DNA of 64,000 nucleotides. It comes from Lama guanicoe. Taxonomy: Eukaryota. Below, piece by piece: positions 47,230-59,913 of this stretch. How positions within the stretch are numbered: position 1 is the stretch's first letter; every line of letters begins with the position of its first letter. The position numbers and the translations under genes were made by a program. The notes beneath the pieces were generated by a model. That model was not told the DNA's origin, did not search any database, and saw nothing but the letters and a program-made list of their open reading frames with translations. The stretch lies in the NCBI GenBank assembly GCA_013239625.1, contig MU054323.1, positions 2,294,001 to 2,358,000 of the forward strand, in the 5' to 3' direction.

Positions 47230-47760
47230 AAACTCAAGCTCTTCAATCAAGCCAAACAGCCCACACCTTTATTGCCCCATTTGTTTAGCGGCCTGTCGTG
47301 GGCCTCCTGACATCTCAGAATCAGCCATGGGGGCAGCTGTTTAATTAACTCTTCAAGGCTGCATTTTGGTGGGGGCAATTCATTTATTATGAAAAACAAA
47401 TTGAAAGCTCCAAGGGTTTTCTGTTCTTTTTTTTTTTTTTCTCTTTAGTGGTTACTGTTATCTGGAGCTCCTGGCTCAGTCCAAATAGAAACGTTGATGG
47501 TTTTGTTAAAAAAAGCCACTTGATCTTTTGTGTTGTTCCTTTTTCTTTCTTTTCTTTTTATTTTCCTAAATCAGTCTGGCTATCTGACTTGGACGTGGAG
47601 AGATTTCTTTTCCTTGGTGCCAGGAAACAATGGCATTTTTCTGGACTTTTTTGTTTTGTTCTGTTTTAGTTGTAGAAATACCACAATGGCAAGTTGCAAC
47701 TCAGTTCTTATAAACAGTGACACAATTATATGGTTGCTCTGCCCCAGGTTAACATTTGGT
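47230..47760. promoter_or_regulatory. Candidate enhancer
   Basis: CAGCTG (47334) next to TTAATTAA (47341), SOX-type AACAATGG (47626) and ACAATGG (47683), RUNX ACCACA (47680). Confidence 0.35.
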
Positions 47761-47944
47761 TGAGAATAATTTTTGGCCAACTTGATTCTGATAAGAATTT
47801 GAGAACTTCCTGCCGTATACCTCTATGCTAGGTGCTAAGGAACATATAGAAAGAGAAAAGAAGAACCTTGGCCTTGAGAAATAGTCTCACTATTATAGTC
47901 CTGCGCTCTGGGAAAATATATAGTCGCATTTTATTATCTTTCTG

Positions 47945-48280
47945 TTTTTTATATGGAGATAATTTTTGATTTAAAGAAGATTTGCAAAGACATTATAGAA
48001 TGTTCCCACATTCTCTTCACCCAGCTTCCTCTAATGCTGACATCTTACATAATCATAATATCAAAACAAATAAATTGACATGGACACAATGCCGTTAACT
48101 ACAGACTTAGAGACTTCACCCAGTTTTTCCACCAATGTCCCTTTTCTGTTCCAGGATCCCACCAGCATCCCTCCACAAATTGGTCTCCTCAAATTTATGA
48201 TAATTTCTTAGTGTCTTCTTGTCGTCCATGACCTTGACACACTTGAAGAGTAATGGTCAGTATTTCAGCAAACGTCCCTC
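47945..48280 (-). mobile_element. L1MC4-like 3' end
   Basis: ttcacccagcttcctctaatgctgacatcttacataatcat, ttttccaccaatgtcccttttctgttccaggatcc and catgaccttgacacacttgaagagtaatggtcag. Confidence 0.8.
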
Positions 48281-48354
48281 TGTTCTGATCCTTTTCGTGC
48301 CTATTGAGAATCAGCCTCTTTCAGAATGTCCTCTGGAGACAATGTGCAAAGATT

Positions 48355-48520
48355 TAGAATCTTATGGAGTTAGAGTAAGAGCCACAGGATCTCCTTATTT
48401 TTAAAATGTAGAAAATGAGTTCCAGGGAAGAAAACAAGGATTTGCTCAAAGTGAGACAGTGGACTGAGGTTGGACTCGAAGGAGCCCAAGCCTCCTGACT
48501 TCTGAGGCAGTGTTGGACTT
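48355..48520 (-). mobile_element. MIR3/MIR SINE
   Basis: ttagaatcttatggagtt, gatttgctcaaagt and cccaagcctcctgacttc. Confidence 0.55.
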
Positions 48521-49664
48521 CTCCTCTGGTCCTGTTTGGAATCCTGGGGAAACTTAACTGCTGGGGAAGTCTGACCTCCAGGCATGTTCCCATGATGCCC
48601 CAAGAGTGGGCTCCACATGCTTCCCTGAGCCCCCAGCGCAGAGCCTTCTCAGCCAGCACTGTTGAGTTGAGTTACGCTCCAGAGAATCAAACTGTTGGAA
48701 ACGGCTCAAGATGCTTCTCCCACATATGAGCTAAAACTGTATGGAAAGGTGAAAACTGGGAAAGTGCGAGTGAGGTCAAGGAAAAACAAAAAAAAAAAGC
48801 CAGATTCCCTGTAGCAACTTAAGATGCTTATAGCAGAGCCATGGTTGCTGGCAGGAGGCCTAAAGAAGCCCCTCAGTGGTGGGTAATGGTGTAGCAAATG
48901 GTCTGCTTCACCCACAGTCCTGCAGGAAGGGACCTGTCTGTCCCTTGATCTCAGAGCACATCCTGCCCATCTTAGTTGCTTAGGCCTAAGGTCACAGAAT
49001 GTGGCGTCATGAATTCTCTCTTACTGTGTCTCAGTTCAGTCTCCCCAGTTTCACACCCCATTTGCTGAGGTCCAGGCAGGACCTAGGAAAGAACTATGAT
49101 CCTCAAACTTCTGGATTTTCATATGTGAAGTTAGTAATTGGGTCAAGTAGGCAATCCTTGGCCATCTAGAGTCCTGGGGGAATGTATAACTCTGGATCAT
49201 AGAGTGTTCTAGAAAGTAAGCTCATGCTTCATCATCAGTGATCAGAAATTTGCCCTTGGTTCTCACTCAGTATCTCTTTGATGTAGAAGGGCTTTCTCCT
49301 GGCATCCTCTGTTCGGCATCATCCCTATGTGTACCAGGTGCCGAGTGGATTCACCTTATGCTTTGGAGCAAAGACACGGCATGCAGGAAACTGGCCTGGG
49401 AGTTGAGAGTCCTGGGTCCCAGTTCCAGGTGTCCAGTTAAGTGACTATGTGACTTGGGAGAAGTGCCTGCACATCTGTGTTTCAGAGATGCTCCTAACTG
49501 TGCTTTTATAGAGTTAACCTGATTGATGTTTTTTAAAGTGGATAATAAGAGGGAATTTTAGAGGTTGCCCTGGTGGGGGTAGGGTTATTGAAGTGGGTCA
49601 GTCAAATCTTTGGTTGCAAAACATTAAAAAATAAAGGTTGGAGTAATAATCCAAGTGATCTATT

Positions 49665-49910
49665 GGCATAGTGTTAAAAACTGAAGCATTTGCCTTCAGT
49701 CAGTGAATCTGGTTTCATATTCCATCTCAGCCACTTACTAGCTGTGTTCCTGGGCCAATATAATTAACGTTTCTGAGTCTTAGTTTCTACATCTTTAAAG
49801 CAGAAATAATAACTGTAACTCCCTCCAAAGTTATTGATGAGAATTAAATGATTCATGGAGTGAAAATGCTTTGCACAGTGCCTGGAGCATTTTAAGGATG
49901 CTATTAATTA
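49665..49910 (+). mobile_element. MIR SINE (nearly complete)
   Basis: gcatagtgttaa, cagccacttactagctgtg, ctgagtcttagtttctacatctttaaa, gaattaaatga and gcacagtgcctgg. Confidence 0.85.
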
Positions 49911-51889
49911 TAAAGGCTCTTCCACCTGTAATGTTCTTTGGTTCTGAGACTTGGACTTGGAGGTTCTACTGGAAGATTGTCATTGTGGTCACCATTGTCT
50001 GCAAAGTTAAAAGGGTTTCTAAGCCTGAGATATCAGATGCTGGCAGGACAGGGTGTCATTCCAACCTGGGAAGTAGGAGAAAGTCCATGAGGGTGATCAC
50101 TACCAAGCCATCATAGCTTGAGAGTCTGTACAAAGGAGACAGACCTCTCCTCTAGCTCTTACACGGGGTGGGAGACTTAAGAGTGTTTCTGTTCTTGGTC
50201 CCCTCTTTCTTTTCTTACCCCAACTGCACGAGGCTATTCTGGGTCTGTGTATTTTGGGAGCCGTAATGAGGTGCTTCTCATGATACCTTGCCATTTTCAG
50301 GCAGCTTTTACTAGCCGCCTGGACACGGGGACAACCTAGCAATTTAAGAGCTATAGTGGATGAGGCTGGAAATAGAGCGGCCCTGGCTGCCACACGGTGA
50401 GATGGGAGTGGGGGTTTGTGTCCTCCCCTTCGTGAAAGAGGAAGGCTGAAATGGGTCAGCATCACAGACAGAAATGTTCACAGAGGACAAGAAGCCAAAC
50501 CTTCTTGTTCTTGTACCACATTATGCCTGGGAAATACAAAGGAATGGATGGACAATCCCTTAAGTAGCGAAAACCCAACTTCAGCGGATGTGGAGTGGAA
50601 CGGTGGCCTTTCTTCATTTGCCAAGGCGTCGGGGCTGTCCAAGTTGCCTGATCATGATTCATTTTGAACTCAACTTCTACTGACATGGGAATAAGTTCGA
50701 AGAAAGTAAAGCTGTCAGTCACATCAGCCTCTGAGGCAAAATGCTACCCGTATAAATGCCTTCAAATTCCAAACGACCAATCATCGCTTCTTTTTCTACA
50801 GCACGCAGCACTCTAGAATTTCAAAGCCTGTCTTCCTGGACAAGGTTTTCCAAAGCTGGAGCACTTTCCTTTTTTAGCTCTGAAGCTATGAGAGAATTCT
50901 ATGGTACAAGTATTCCTGGACCTACAGGCTTGCCCCCAAAAAAGACATATTCTCTGACACCATAATGCAGAATCTTCATAAAATTATAACTATAGATTGA
51001 TGTCTAATTCAAAGAACCCCACATTTCCTCTTCTCTTATGGCTGGGAGTAAAGGAGGAAAATGCTGCATGCATTAACATTTTACTCAAGTTTTCAAACAC
51101 AAAGTGTTGTCCTGGCTTCAAACTCAGGATAAAGGAAATGCTTGTCTCCAGGAGCTGACACTTCTCCGGTCATATTTCAGATACAATTAGCCTCCATTGA
51201 TGGTGGTGGTTGATCTATCAAATGAGCAGCTAATCTTATCTGCGGTTCACAAATGGCTCAGATGGTAGCTTGTGACTTTGATTACTGGGAGACTGGACCC
51301 CATCAGACGGCTCTGCTCCAAACAGTGGTCCTTTCAGCCTCCTGCTCCTGGAGATCAAAGCACTCTCCCCTCTCCCTATCTGCAGGGAAGCTCATTAGAG
51401 GGAGGCTGTCAGGGTTATAATCATGCAACAGTTTTACTTCTGGGTTATAACGCTTTCCCCTTCTTATCAGCCTGTGAGGTCCAAAGTGAGAAGGATAAAG
51501 GAGGTACCGATGACATCTGATACATTTAATAGGCTTGCTGGTGACTGCTGGGGCCCCAGCTCTCTGCCACTGCTGCCTCACTGACTACTGAGGGACTCCC
51601 CTCCCCTCTAGACCTATAGGGGTTGTACTTTATTCCTGGGGTGGGGGAGAGGGCTATGGGGGAGGATTCCATTGTCCCCTAATAGTTGCTTTATTACAAG
51701 AACTATAGAAACACAGAATCAAATAAAGTAAGAGTTTCTAAGTCCAAAGATCGATCTTTAAATTTCATCTCTTTCACTCAGTAGCTGTGTGACCTTGGAC
51801 ATTTTGCTGTGATCCTCAGCCTCCCCTGTAAAATATGTAAATTAATACGTTTCTCATTGGTCTTAATATGCAGATCTCAAAGTCCCCCT

Positions 51890-52190
51890 CTCCCAGAAGC
51901 CTTCTTTTATAACCTGAGTTCTTCCCTTCCTCTACCTCCTCCATCCCCTACCTGAGTTAAAGCACCTCCATTCTGAGTCACTGCTCCCTCTTATGTCTTC
52001 CCATGGCCCCTGGGATTACCACCAATCCTATGCTTACCATGCCTGATTTTTCTACTGACTTGCCTTTTTCCTTCCCATTAGACAGTGAAATCCTAAAGGC
52101 ATGGGGGCTGAGTCTCTATGTATCAAAGGATGCCTCCATCTGACATACAGTTGATGCTAAATGAGTGTCTGTTGTCCACAGTGAATAAAG
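51890..52190 (+). mobile_element. L2 3' fragment
   Basis: ccagaagccttct, cccattagacagtgaaatcctaaaggca and acatacagttgatgctaaatg. Confidence 0.6.
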
Positions 52191-52508
52191 TACTGTATCC
52201 TAAACTGATTTGCGGAGTACAATGGCAAGAGGTTGCATTTATTACTGGACATAGAGCCTTTTAGAGCTTTATGGGGACCCATGACCTACTGGAGTGGTTC
52301 TAGGATGTGGCCCAAGGATTTTCATTTCTAACAAACTCCTGCCTTGAGAACTACTAATGTAATCCAGTCTTCTAATATATGGACAAAGATACAGCCTCAG
52401 ATTAGAGGAGTGGCTTGTGCAAGATCATATAACCAGTCAGAGGTACTCAATGTGTTCTTATTTCTAAACAGTTTTTCAGAGTAAACTGTATCTCATATAG
52501 GGATCAGG

Positions 52509-52544
<36 letters not shown>
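52509..52544. repeat. (GT)n microsatellite
   Basis: gtgtgcgtgtgt..., one interruption. Confidence 0.97.
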
Positions 52545-52545
<1 letters not shown>

Positions 52546-53389
52546 GAAATGTATAGAAAATGGTTGTTTTGTTTGTTTTTAATTTATGTCTAGCTTCACA
52601 AGACTTCAAACTTGGGTCCTTTAATTCCAAATCTCATGGTCATTTCACAACGTGGTCATTTCACAACATGCTGTTTTCATGTTAAGAAGCATGGTGGTCA
52701 TCCTGCCAAAATGCTGGCTCAGTTATTATCTCTACTTGTTCCTTATGTTCCTTATGTTCAGTGGTGCTTTTAAGAATGTTTAAGAAGAAATGCAGCAGGG
52801 AACCCAGCTTACAGGAAAATCAGAAAAGGACTCTGGGTGTCCCAGGGAAGGCTTGGTCTCCCCGTCACTTACCCCGGTGTAATCTAGGTCAGGTCTTTAC
52901 CCATCACACCGGTGGGAATGTGGAGCTTTGCCAGCAGCTGTCATTACCCAGAAGAATGAGAAACGACAACCACTGCCCATGGGGGTGGGAGGTTTGGAGC
53001 TGTAGAGGCCCAGGTTTAATTTTCACCTCCTCGGATCCCAAGGGGAGTGAAACTGCTTGAGTGATTTCCCCTCAAGGAGACGCATTTTGCTGCTCAGTAA
53101 AGCAGGAAGCGTATCGACTTTGCACTGTGTCTGAAACATACCAAGGATTTAACCAACACGAGGTCCCATCTTCTCTTTTTTCTTCTCTTCACCGCCTCCC
53201 CATTCTTCTCCCACTATCACCTAAAAACCAGTACTGGCCGTGAACCGTACGTTTCACATGAGTGAAAAATGTAACCCAGCTGGAAAAATAAGCAAAATAC
53301 ACTTTCTTTTTCTTTTAACCTATATCCTTCTGATTTATTTACTGTTCCTTCCTCAACATTAATTTAACTATGATTTTTTTTCATGGAAA

Positions 53390-54090
53390 TCCTTTTAGGC
53401 TCTTTTAAGAAAGAAATTATTTGTAGTTAAAATAATGACCTGTCCATTAACTATAAGTTGGGAGGCATTAGTACTAATTGTAATTATAATGGAATTTATG
53501 TCTGACACATTATAGTTCAAGTGATGAAAGGAAGCCAGGCACTCCTCAGAAATCAGTGACAAGCTTATCAGAATATTAATCTCTTTCAGTTACTCTTTAA
53601 GAGAATAAATAACTAATCAGTCACTGACTGCTAATATAATATATAACCCTTTTGTTAAGATGGATGATAATTTAAGCTTCAGCAGAATATATTTATTTAA
53701 CTGACAGAAATCAGGACTCAATTTTATTTGCTTTAAATGACAATGCAGCAAAAATCCCAGCTAGCTATAATGCTTGGAAAATGGGAAACATTTTGAGTAA
53801 CTACTTTTTTTAAATTAACCTTTGTGCGAAATAGTAAATTTCATAAATTTGTCTTAAGCTTTGAATGTATATCAGAGATGTTTGTTAATTATCAAGTCTT
53901 AGTAAGTGGTTTCTAAGAAATCTTTAAGTCTGTGTTAGGCACATTCTTACAGTATAATTATTTTGACCATCAGGCCTCATGGCATATAATTTTAGCTGCA
54001 GAAGTTCTGAAGAATTAGGCAAATGTCTGTCGACCCACACAAGAACCAGCAGTTATAAATTTCAGGTATTAATCAACTTTGTTGTGATCC
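53390..54090. promoter_or_regulatory. Candidate AT-rich conserved non-coding element
   Basis: About 700 bp with no recognisable repeat, dense in TAAT/ATTA, with TGACAG (53702), TCATAAA and GAS-type TTCTAAGAA (53911). Confidence 0.4.
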
Positions 54091-55659
54091 TTTTTTTTCT
54101 CCTGTAGGGGAGAGAGAAGGGGACAAGATCCCACTGAGAGAGGAGAATGCTCACCTGAATTCTGGTTAATCTGTTTTTTATGGATTTTCTCCAAGAGCAA
54201 ATGTAACTCCCAAGGGCTGTTACTTCATCACGATTTATGTTGAAGTCTAGCTAGCTAACAGAAAAGGAGTAGCTCTTCTGTTTCTTTGGAAGCTGCAGGC
54301 CATTCTCAGCCCAAGAGAAGGCTGTGTTTGAGCATTAGTCGTATCTAGAGAGGGGAGTCTGTCTGTTATATGGGGGAACTTTTAGCCAATGTAAGACTCC
54401 AGCCCTCTCTAATCTTCACTCCTTTGGAGGAGGAGGGAGTTATCCAGTTGGTGAGGTGGGAAAAGAAATTGATGTCAGCATCACTTGTCTCTTTAGAAAC
54501 CAGCCTGCCTGCAGACAGACTACCATTTGGTCTTCTCTTAATTGTTTGGAGAGCAATCTTGCAGCAGAAGGTTCTGCCCCTTCAGGGACTCGAAGAATTG
54601 TTGAGCACTGCCGATTACTGGATAGTGAGTTTGTCTAAAATTGGGTAAAATATTAGCAAACCCACTTAGCTGAAAATCTAAAGTTACACCCTCTAAGTAT
54701 CTCGTGGATTAAAGGATGAAAGGGGCATTACTGTGGGGTCCTCTGTAAATCGCAGTAGAGCATGCGAGAAACGTGTTTCTCCAGGGCCTGACGCAAGCAA
54801 CTCCATGCCCATTCATGGACACTCAAACCATGTCAGGACTCAGTAAAGGTTTGATGGGTGAAAGATTGAACAGAGTTCTGAAGAATTCTTGTGATTCTCC
54901 ATTTCCCAATGTTTCTTTGTCAAACAAGGCAAAAATAGGTTCTGCAATTGAAATGCCTCTGGTATTTCATGTCCTCTGTTCTTGCCCATCCCCCTTTCCA
55001 TTTGCACCTCTAATGTAGGTATATGTCTTTCCAGACTTCTCTTTCTTGTTGATCAGGGCTGCCCTCAGAGATGGAGTGAGTGTTTAATATAATGTGAAGA
55101 AGAGAACAAGCCAGCCCCGTCTGTTTCTAAGCTCTCCTGAGACCGGAAGGAAGTGATACGGATGCCCCCGTGCAGACACTAGCCATGGTTGTCATTTGGG
55201 TGTGTGCTTTTTGCTGAGTCCAAATGTAGGTGGACCTTGATGTTTCTTCTGAAAAACTGTCTTCTTGGGAATGTGGCTGGGCCACCAAGTGCAAGGGTGG
55301 CTCTGAATCATACTTTCTTCTGAGATAGAAAGTCCCAATTAAATGATGCTGTAAACGATTAGACAAAAGAAGACACCTGCTCCAGTGAGGAAGCTCTGGC
55401 TGATAAACATTTGCACTTCATCTACCCTCAAGGCAGTGGGCTTCCCTCTGAGTCTGACAGTGGTTTTCACGACTCCGTGACTCCGCAGAGTAGACGTTCA
55501 CCCAGAGAAACAGAGCTCAGAAACTGTCATTTCTTTGAGATGTGGCTTACTGAGTGTTTCCCTGCCTTTATTTTCACGGTTAGTGACAGGACTGGGAAAC
55601 CTGTTCACGACAGAGAAATCAGCCTGAACTTTTAGCTTGGGGATGAAAGCAATGGTTAT

Positions 55660-55980
55660 TCATTTAATCCTATTCATTTATTCATCTGTTCATACTTAGA
55701 TTCATTCACCAGATATGTTTGAAATGCATATTCTGAATTAGCCATGGGACACAGGGGTGGGGGGTGGAGATACATAAGTAATGAAACGTTAAATCCCAGG
55801 GGGCTTCCAGGCTGGTGGGGAAACAGACAAGGTTACGCAGTATCATAGTGAAGTGCACCATGTTCTGTGATGCTGGGAGCAGGGAAGAGGCCCACAGAGC
55901 TTTCTGTCCTAGAGAATCAGTGATGGCTTCTCAGAGGAGTTGGTGTAGGAGGTGAGACCTGAGGAACTAAACTGAGTGAA
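55660..55980 (-). mobile_element. L2 3' fragment
   Basis: attcatttattcat, ttcattcaccagatatgtttga, ggtggggaaacagacaa and ggcttctcagaggag. Confidence 0.6.
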
Positions 55981-56164
55981 CCAGATCCTTCTGCAGACAC
56001 TGGGGCTGTCAGGGGAGGGTAGGAGAAAAGCCAGCCGAGCCCCTTTTGTTCGGTATCTGGTAGGGCTTCATCTCGCCTGTTTTTTAGAGCATTATTTTCT
56101 TTAGGGGTCATTATGTATCTTGAGACAGCTGCCTATTGGTGACATCCCAGGTTATATCAGACAC

Positions 56165-56365
56165 TGCATTTGGTAACTTTATGTGTTGTTTTGATTTCTT
56201 ATAGCAACCCTGTAAGTTTAAGACCACTTTTCAAATTTTTGTAAAAAGACTGAAGGTCCAGGTGGTTAAACCATTCACCTCAATGTGAATACCCCAGGGC
56301 GAAGATGTAAAATCAGGGCTTCCCAACTTCAACGTCTGGGCTCTTTCCATCACCCACACTGCCTC
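56165..56365 (-). mobile_element. MIR SINE
   Basis: tcttatagcaaccctgtaag, gactgaaggtccaggtggttaa and gggctctttccatcacccacactgcctc. Confidence 0.7.
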
Positions 56366-59089
56366 TCCCAGGAGCAGAAAGCGAGCAGGAGCTGAGAACT
56401 TGTGCGCCAGCAAGTGCTGCCTGCTGGAGCCTGGCTGGGCTCAGGCACCTCCCACTCCCAGGCCGTCAGCACTTGATGGGGAATGAGGCCTTTTATTTTC
56501 AGAATTCTATTAGCACCTGCTTATCTAGAGATTCACTGGCCCCTCTCCGTGCAGCCCCACCCCCACCGATTTTATTTTTGATTTAGCTATTTGCTCCACC
56601 CCAAATGGAACAGATTGCCAAACATCATGGCCCCCAGGAACCTACACTCCCCTGCCTCTAACATACCAAAGAGTCTGGATGTCTCCCTCCCATGAAGCAC
56701 TTTTCAGAATATTTGGGGAAGCAGAGCTCTCTTCTCCCCACTCACCTCTTTCCCCACCCTTGCCCACACTCAGCATTTTTTGGAGACAATGCGGCAGGCC
56801 ACTGGGATGGGGACTAGACAGCTGAGAAGTATGCTTCCCTGGTTATTTCTTTGAGTTCCAAATGGAACTGTGTTTAATTGGCCTCCTGATTCTCAAAGAC
56901 GGAGTGGATATTGTTTGTGGTTCATTTTTTCCACGCAGTTTTAACAAAGTATGCCTTCAGAGATATCACGTAACTGAAAGACAGAATTAAGCAAGAATGG
57001 CAGAACCCTGGCAGCAAGTCGTCCTCTCCTCGTGTTTTTCATTGAAAAGCATATAGGATTACCTTATTGTTCCAGATATTAGCTTTCCCTACCCGGCGTA
57101 TACATATTTAAACAGCATAAAAAGTGGGCTACATTACAAAGCACCTATATGTCACCAAGGCCCAGAAAGCTTGTGTTGTGCCAAGGCTCGGAGACATCCT
57201 TCCAAGTTTCCTTCCCAAAGTAGAGGCACGTTGTCTCAGGGCTTGGGCTGGGCCAGCCAGCCTGAATTTAATAGCAGACATTCTCGGTTTTTTTCAGATC
57301 CCGTGTATATAACAGCTTTCATTTGAATGTGACATCTGCCTGCAAAGGAGCAAACCCCGGCACCACCAGTATGTTGTGTCATGCCTGAAACCAGAGAGGC
57401 TCTATTTAGAGTTTTCTCCCCGCGCCCAGGGCTGGGACTCCAGCCTGTAGCCTTGCATGTTCTGGAGGACGTTATCGGCCTCCTGGCTCAGGGTTAAGGG
57501 TTGGGGTGGGGGGATTGTTAGGGTTTTCATCACTAGCGGAAATGTACAGTCTGACGCTCACCATGCCTGCAGATCAAAGGCAAAGGGAGGTGTTATCTGC
57601 TGCCGGCTGTGCTGGGACTCTGAGCACATTTCTGGTGGGCTGACCCCAAGGTGAGCCGAGGTGGGAAAGAGTCCTCCAGTGGATGGCTGTCTGGGTGTGG
57701 GCTCATGGAGGGTGGTGTTCTGAGAGCAAAGTCTCTCTCTCTTCCTTTTGGGCAGCCCCACTGTGTCTAGCCTTAAAAGCACTGAATACTTTGAAACTGG
57801 TTCTTGATTGACTTGGAGGGAAACATGTCGATTTGTGGAAAGATTAGCCTGGTGGAAGTAAAGTGCTCTGAGATCTGCCGCTGGTCTGCTTTCTGACTTA
57901 AGGTGAGACCCAGGCTGACCCCTCAACCATTTTCTGCACAGACCGTGGCCCCCCTCAATTCTGCTTTCCATAGCATGCCCTTATGGACGGGGCTGTTTTG
58001 TTCTGTCTTCCACGCAGGACAAACTGAGGCTTTGTCCCCCGGTCTCAGTTTATATGTGCCTCTTTTCTGCTGCAGTGAGATTTTCTTACTCCCTTAAAAG
58101 AGTAACCTGTCCCTTCGTCTGTGGTCCACTGATACACATTACACTACAGGCGTTATTGACATGCGTGTCGCTGCTAGACATGAGCATCTCAAGGGCGACC
58201 TGGTCCCTCTGCTCACCAGATGCCTATTAGGACAGGCCTCTCTGAACAGGTGTTGGATGAATGAAGGAATGCAGGAGAGAACAGGTAGATGAAGGGGATA
58301 AAGAGTTCACTGCATCCTTTTGGGGGAATCACTTCCTCTGGATGTAGGGGTGTTTCTGCAGGAGGAAGTGTCTCCTGGTATCCCAGTTGCCCCCATTCTC
58401 CCCATCATGTATGCAGTTGGAGGGGGAAACTGCTCTTGTCAGTGTAAGCCTCCCTCCCTCTGAGATTCATATGCTCTCCACTCGAGCTCTGTTTGCCTCA
58501 GCCTTTGTTCAACTGTGAAGTTTCTTACTAGAAAATGTTCTGTTCCCTCTCAAGTCACGATGCCTGCCACCTTCTGACAATCTCTTCCAGGCCCTTTCCT
58601 TCCTCTCCCCCAGATCCACGCAGCTATGCCTGCCCTCCCTCTAGGTCTTGGCCATTTGTACTTTCTAGACTAAAAGGTCTGAGCAAGAGGTTGAGCTAGT
58701 CCCTTAGTGCTGGCGCCATGTTGCTGTAGCTGCCGGTCTCCACTGTAGCTTGAGGAATCTTGTGCACTGTGCCAACTGAGGAAGAGAGGTTGGCTGGCCC
58801 TGGGGGCTCTGGCTCAGGGAACCAGATGACACAAGCCAAGAGGTCATTGATTTTTACCAATGGGGACAGAGGACAGAAGAAAGCCATGGGAAAAATTATT
58901 CCCGCTTCCTCCGCAACCCCACATATTATTCTGAGAAGAGGTGGTTTGTATGGTCTCTCTCAGGATGATGTGAGAAAAAGAACAGCCATCTGTGTTTGTC
59001 GTGAAGCTGTGACCACATGGGCAGTGCCCTCCACCATCTTTTGTTTGTTCCTCCCCCGGCTTTCCCTCCAACTTCTGTCCTGGTTCTCT

Positions 59090-59400
59090 GGGTTGCACTC
59101 CCAAATATTAACAAGGGAACTTTTGCCTCAGTCTCTGTTTTTGATGAAACCTGAGCTAAGACACCTCCCTTGCCAGCTCAGGTTAGATTGACCTCCTTTG
59201 TGCTCCCATGATACCCTGTGCCCATCTCTCTCACTTCCCACACAGTATCACATTTATTTATGTGTGTGTTTCTCCTTCTGGATTCCATATCTCTTGAAGG
59301 CAAAGACCACCATGTATTTGTTTTTGAATCTCTGGCCCGTAGCACAGTGCCTGGGATAAATTAGAACTCTGAACATAGTAAATATTTGCCAGATGACTGA
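59090..59400 (+). mobile_element. L2 3' fragment
   Basis: cctcctttgtgctcccatgataccctgtg, ctcttgaaggcaaagacca and tagcacagtgcctgg. Confidence 0.7.
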
Positions 59401-59872
59401 CTAAAGAAGACAGCGCGAGATTTCCTCTGAGCAAAGAGAGATTCCAACAGACATACGAAGTATTTTAAATGGTTTGTTATTTCAATGTGTGGTCTCTTTT
59501 GGCTTCACCTAAACTGAATCAGAGATGATGCTAGCAATTGCATCACACAACAGGATTATAATTATATCCAATAATTGTGATAATAATCACTACAATATGC
59601 TTGGCATTACCATATACCAATACATTACCATGCCATTAGATATTTCACATGTATCATCTCATTATTGCAACAAACATATTAAGTTGTTATTGATATACTT
59701 TGGGACTTTTGGAAATGTATCTGGATAACTGGCCTTGACTGGAGACATTCTTGAGAATAGACTAAAGGTTGTTTTAATTACAGTTTTTCAAAGGGGGTTT
59801 TCCTTAGTGGCTAACAGTGCATCTACCAACATTTACCAATCAGCACATAAATGTCCAAGAGCTGAACTGCTT

Positions 59873-59875
<3 letters not shown>

Positions 59876-59912
<37 letters not shown>
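59876..59912. repeat. (CA)n microsatellite
   Basis: Uninterrupted AC repeat. Confidence 0.97.

Positions 59913-59913
<1 letters not shown>

Noticed and set aside
54108..54165. Strong plus-strand acceptor ttttttttctcctgtag
   Set aside because: No convincing donor or coding frame follows.
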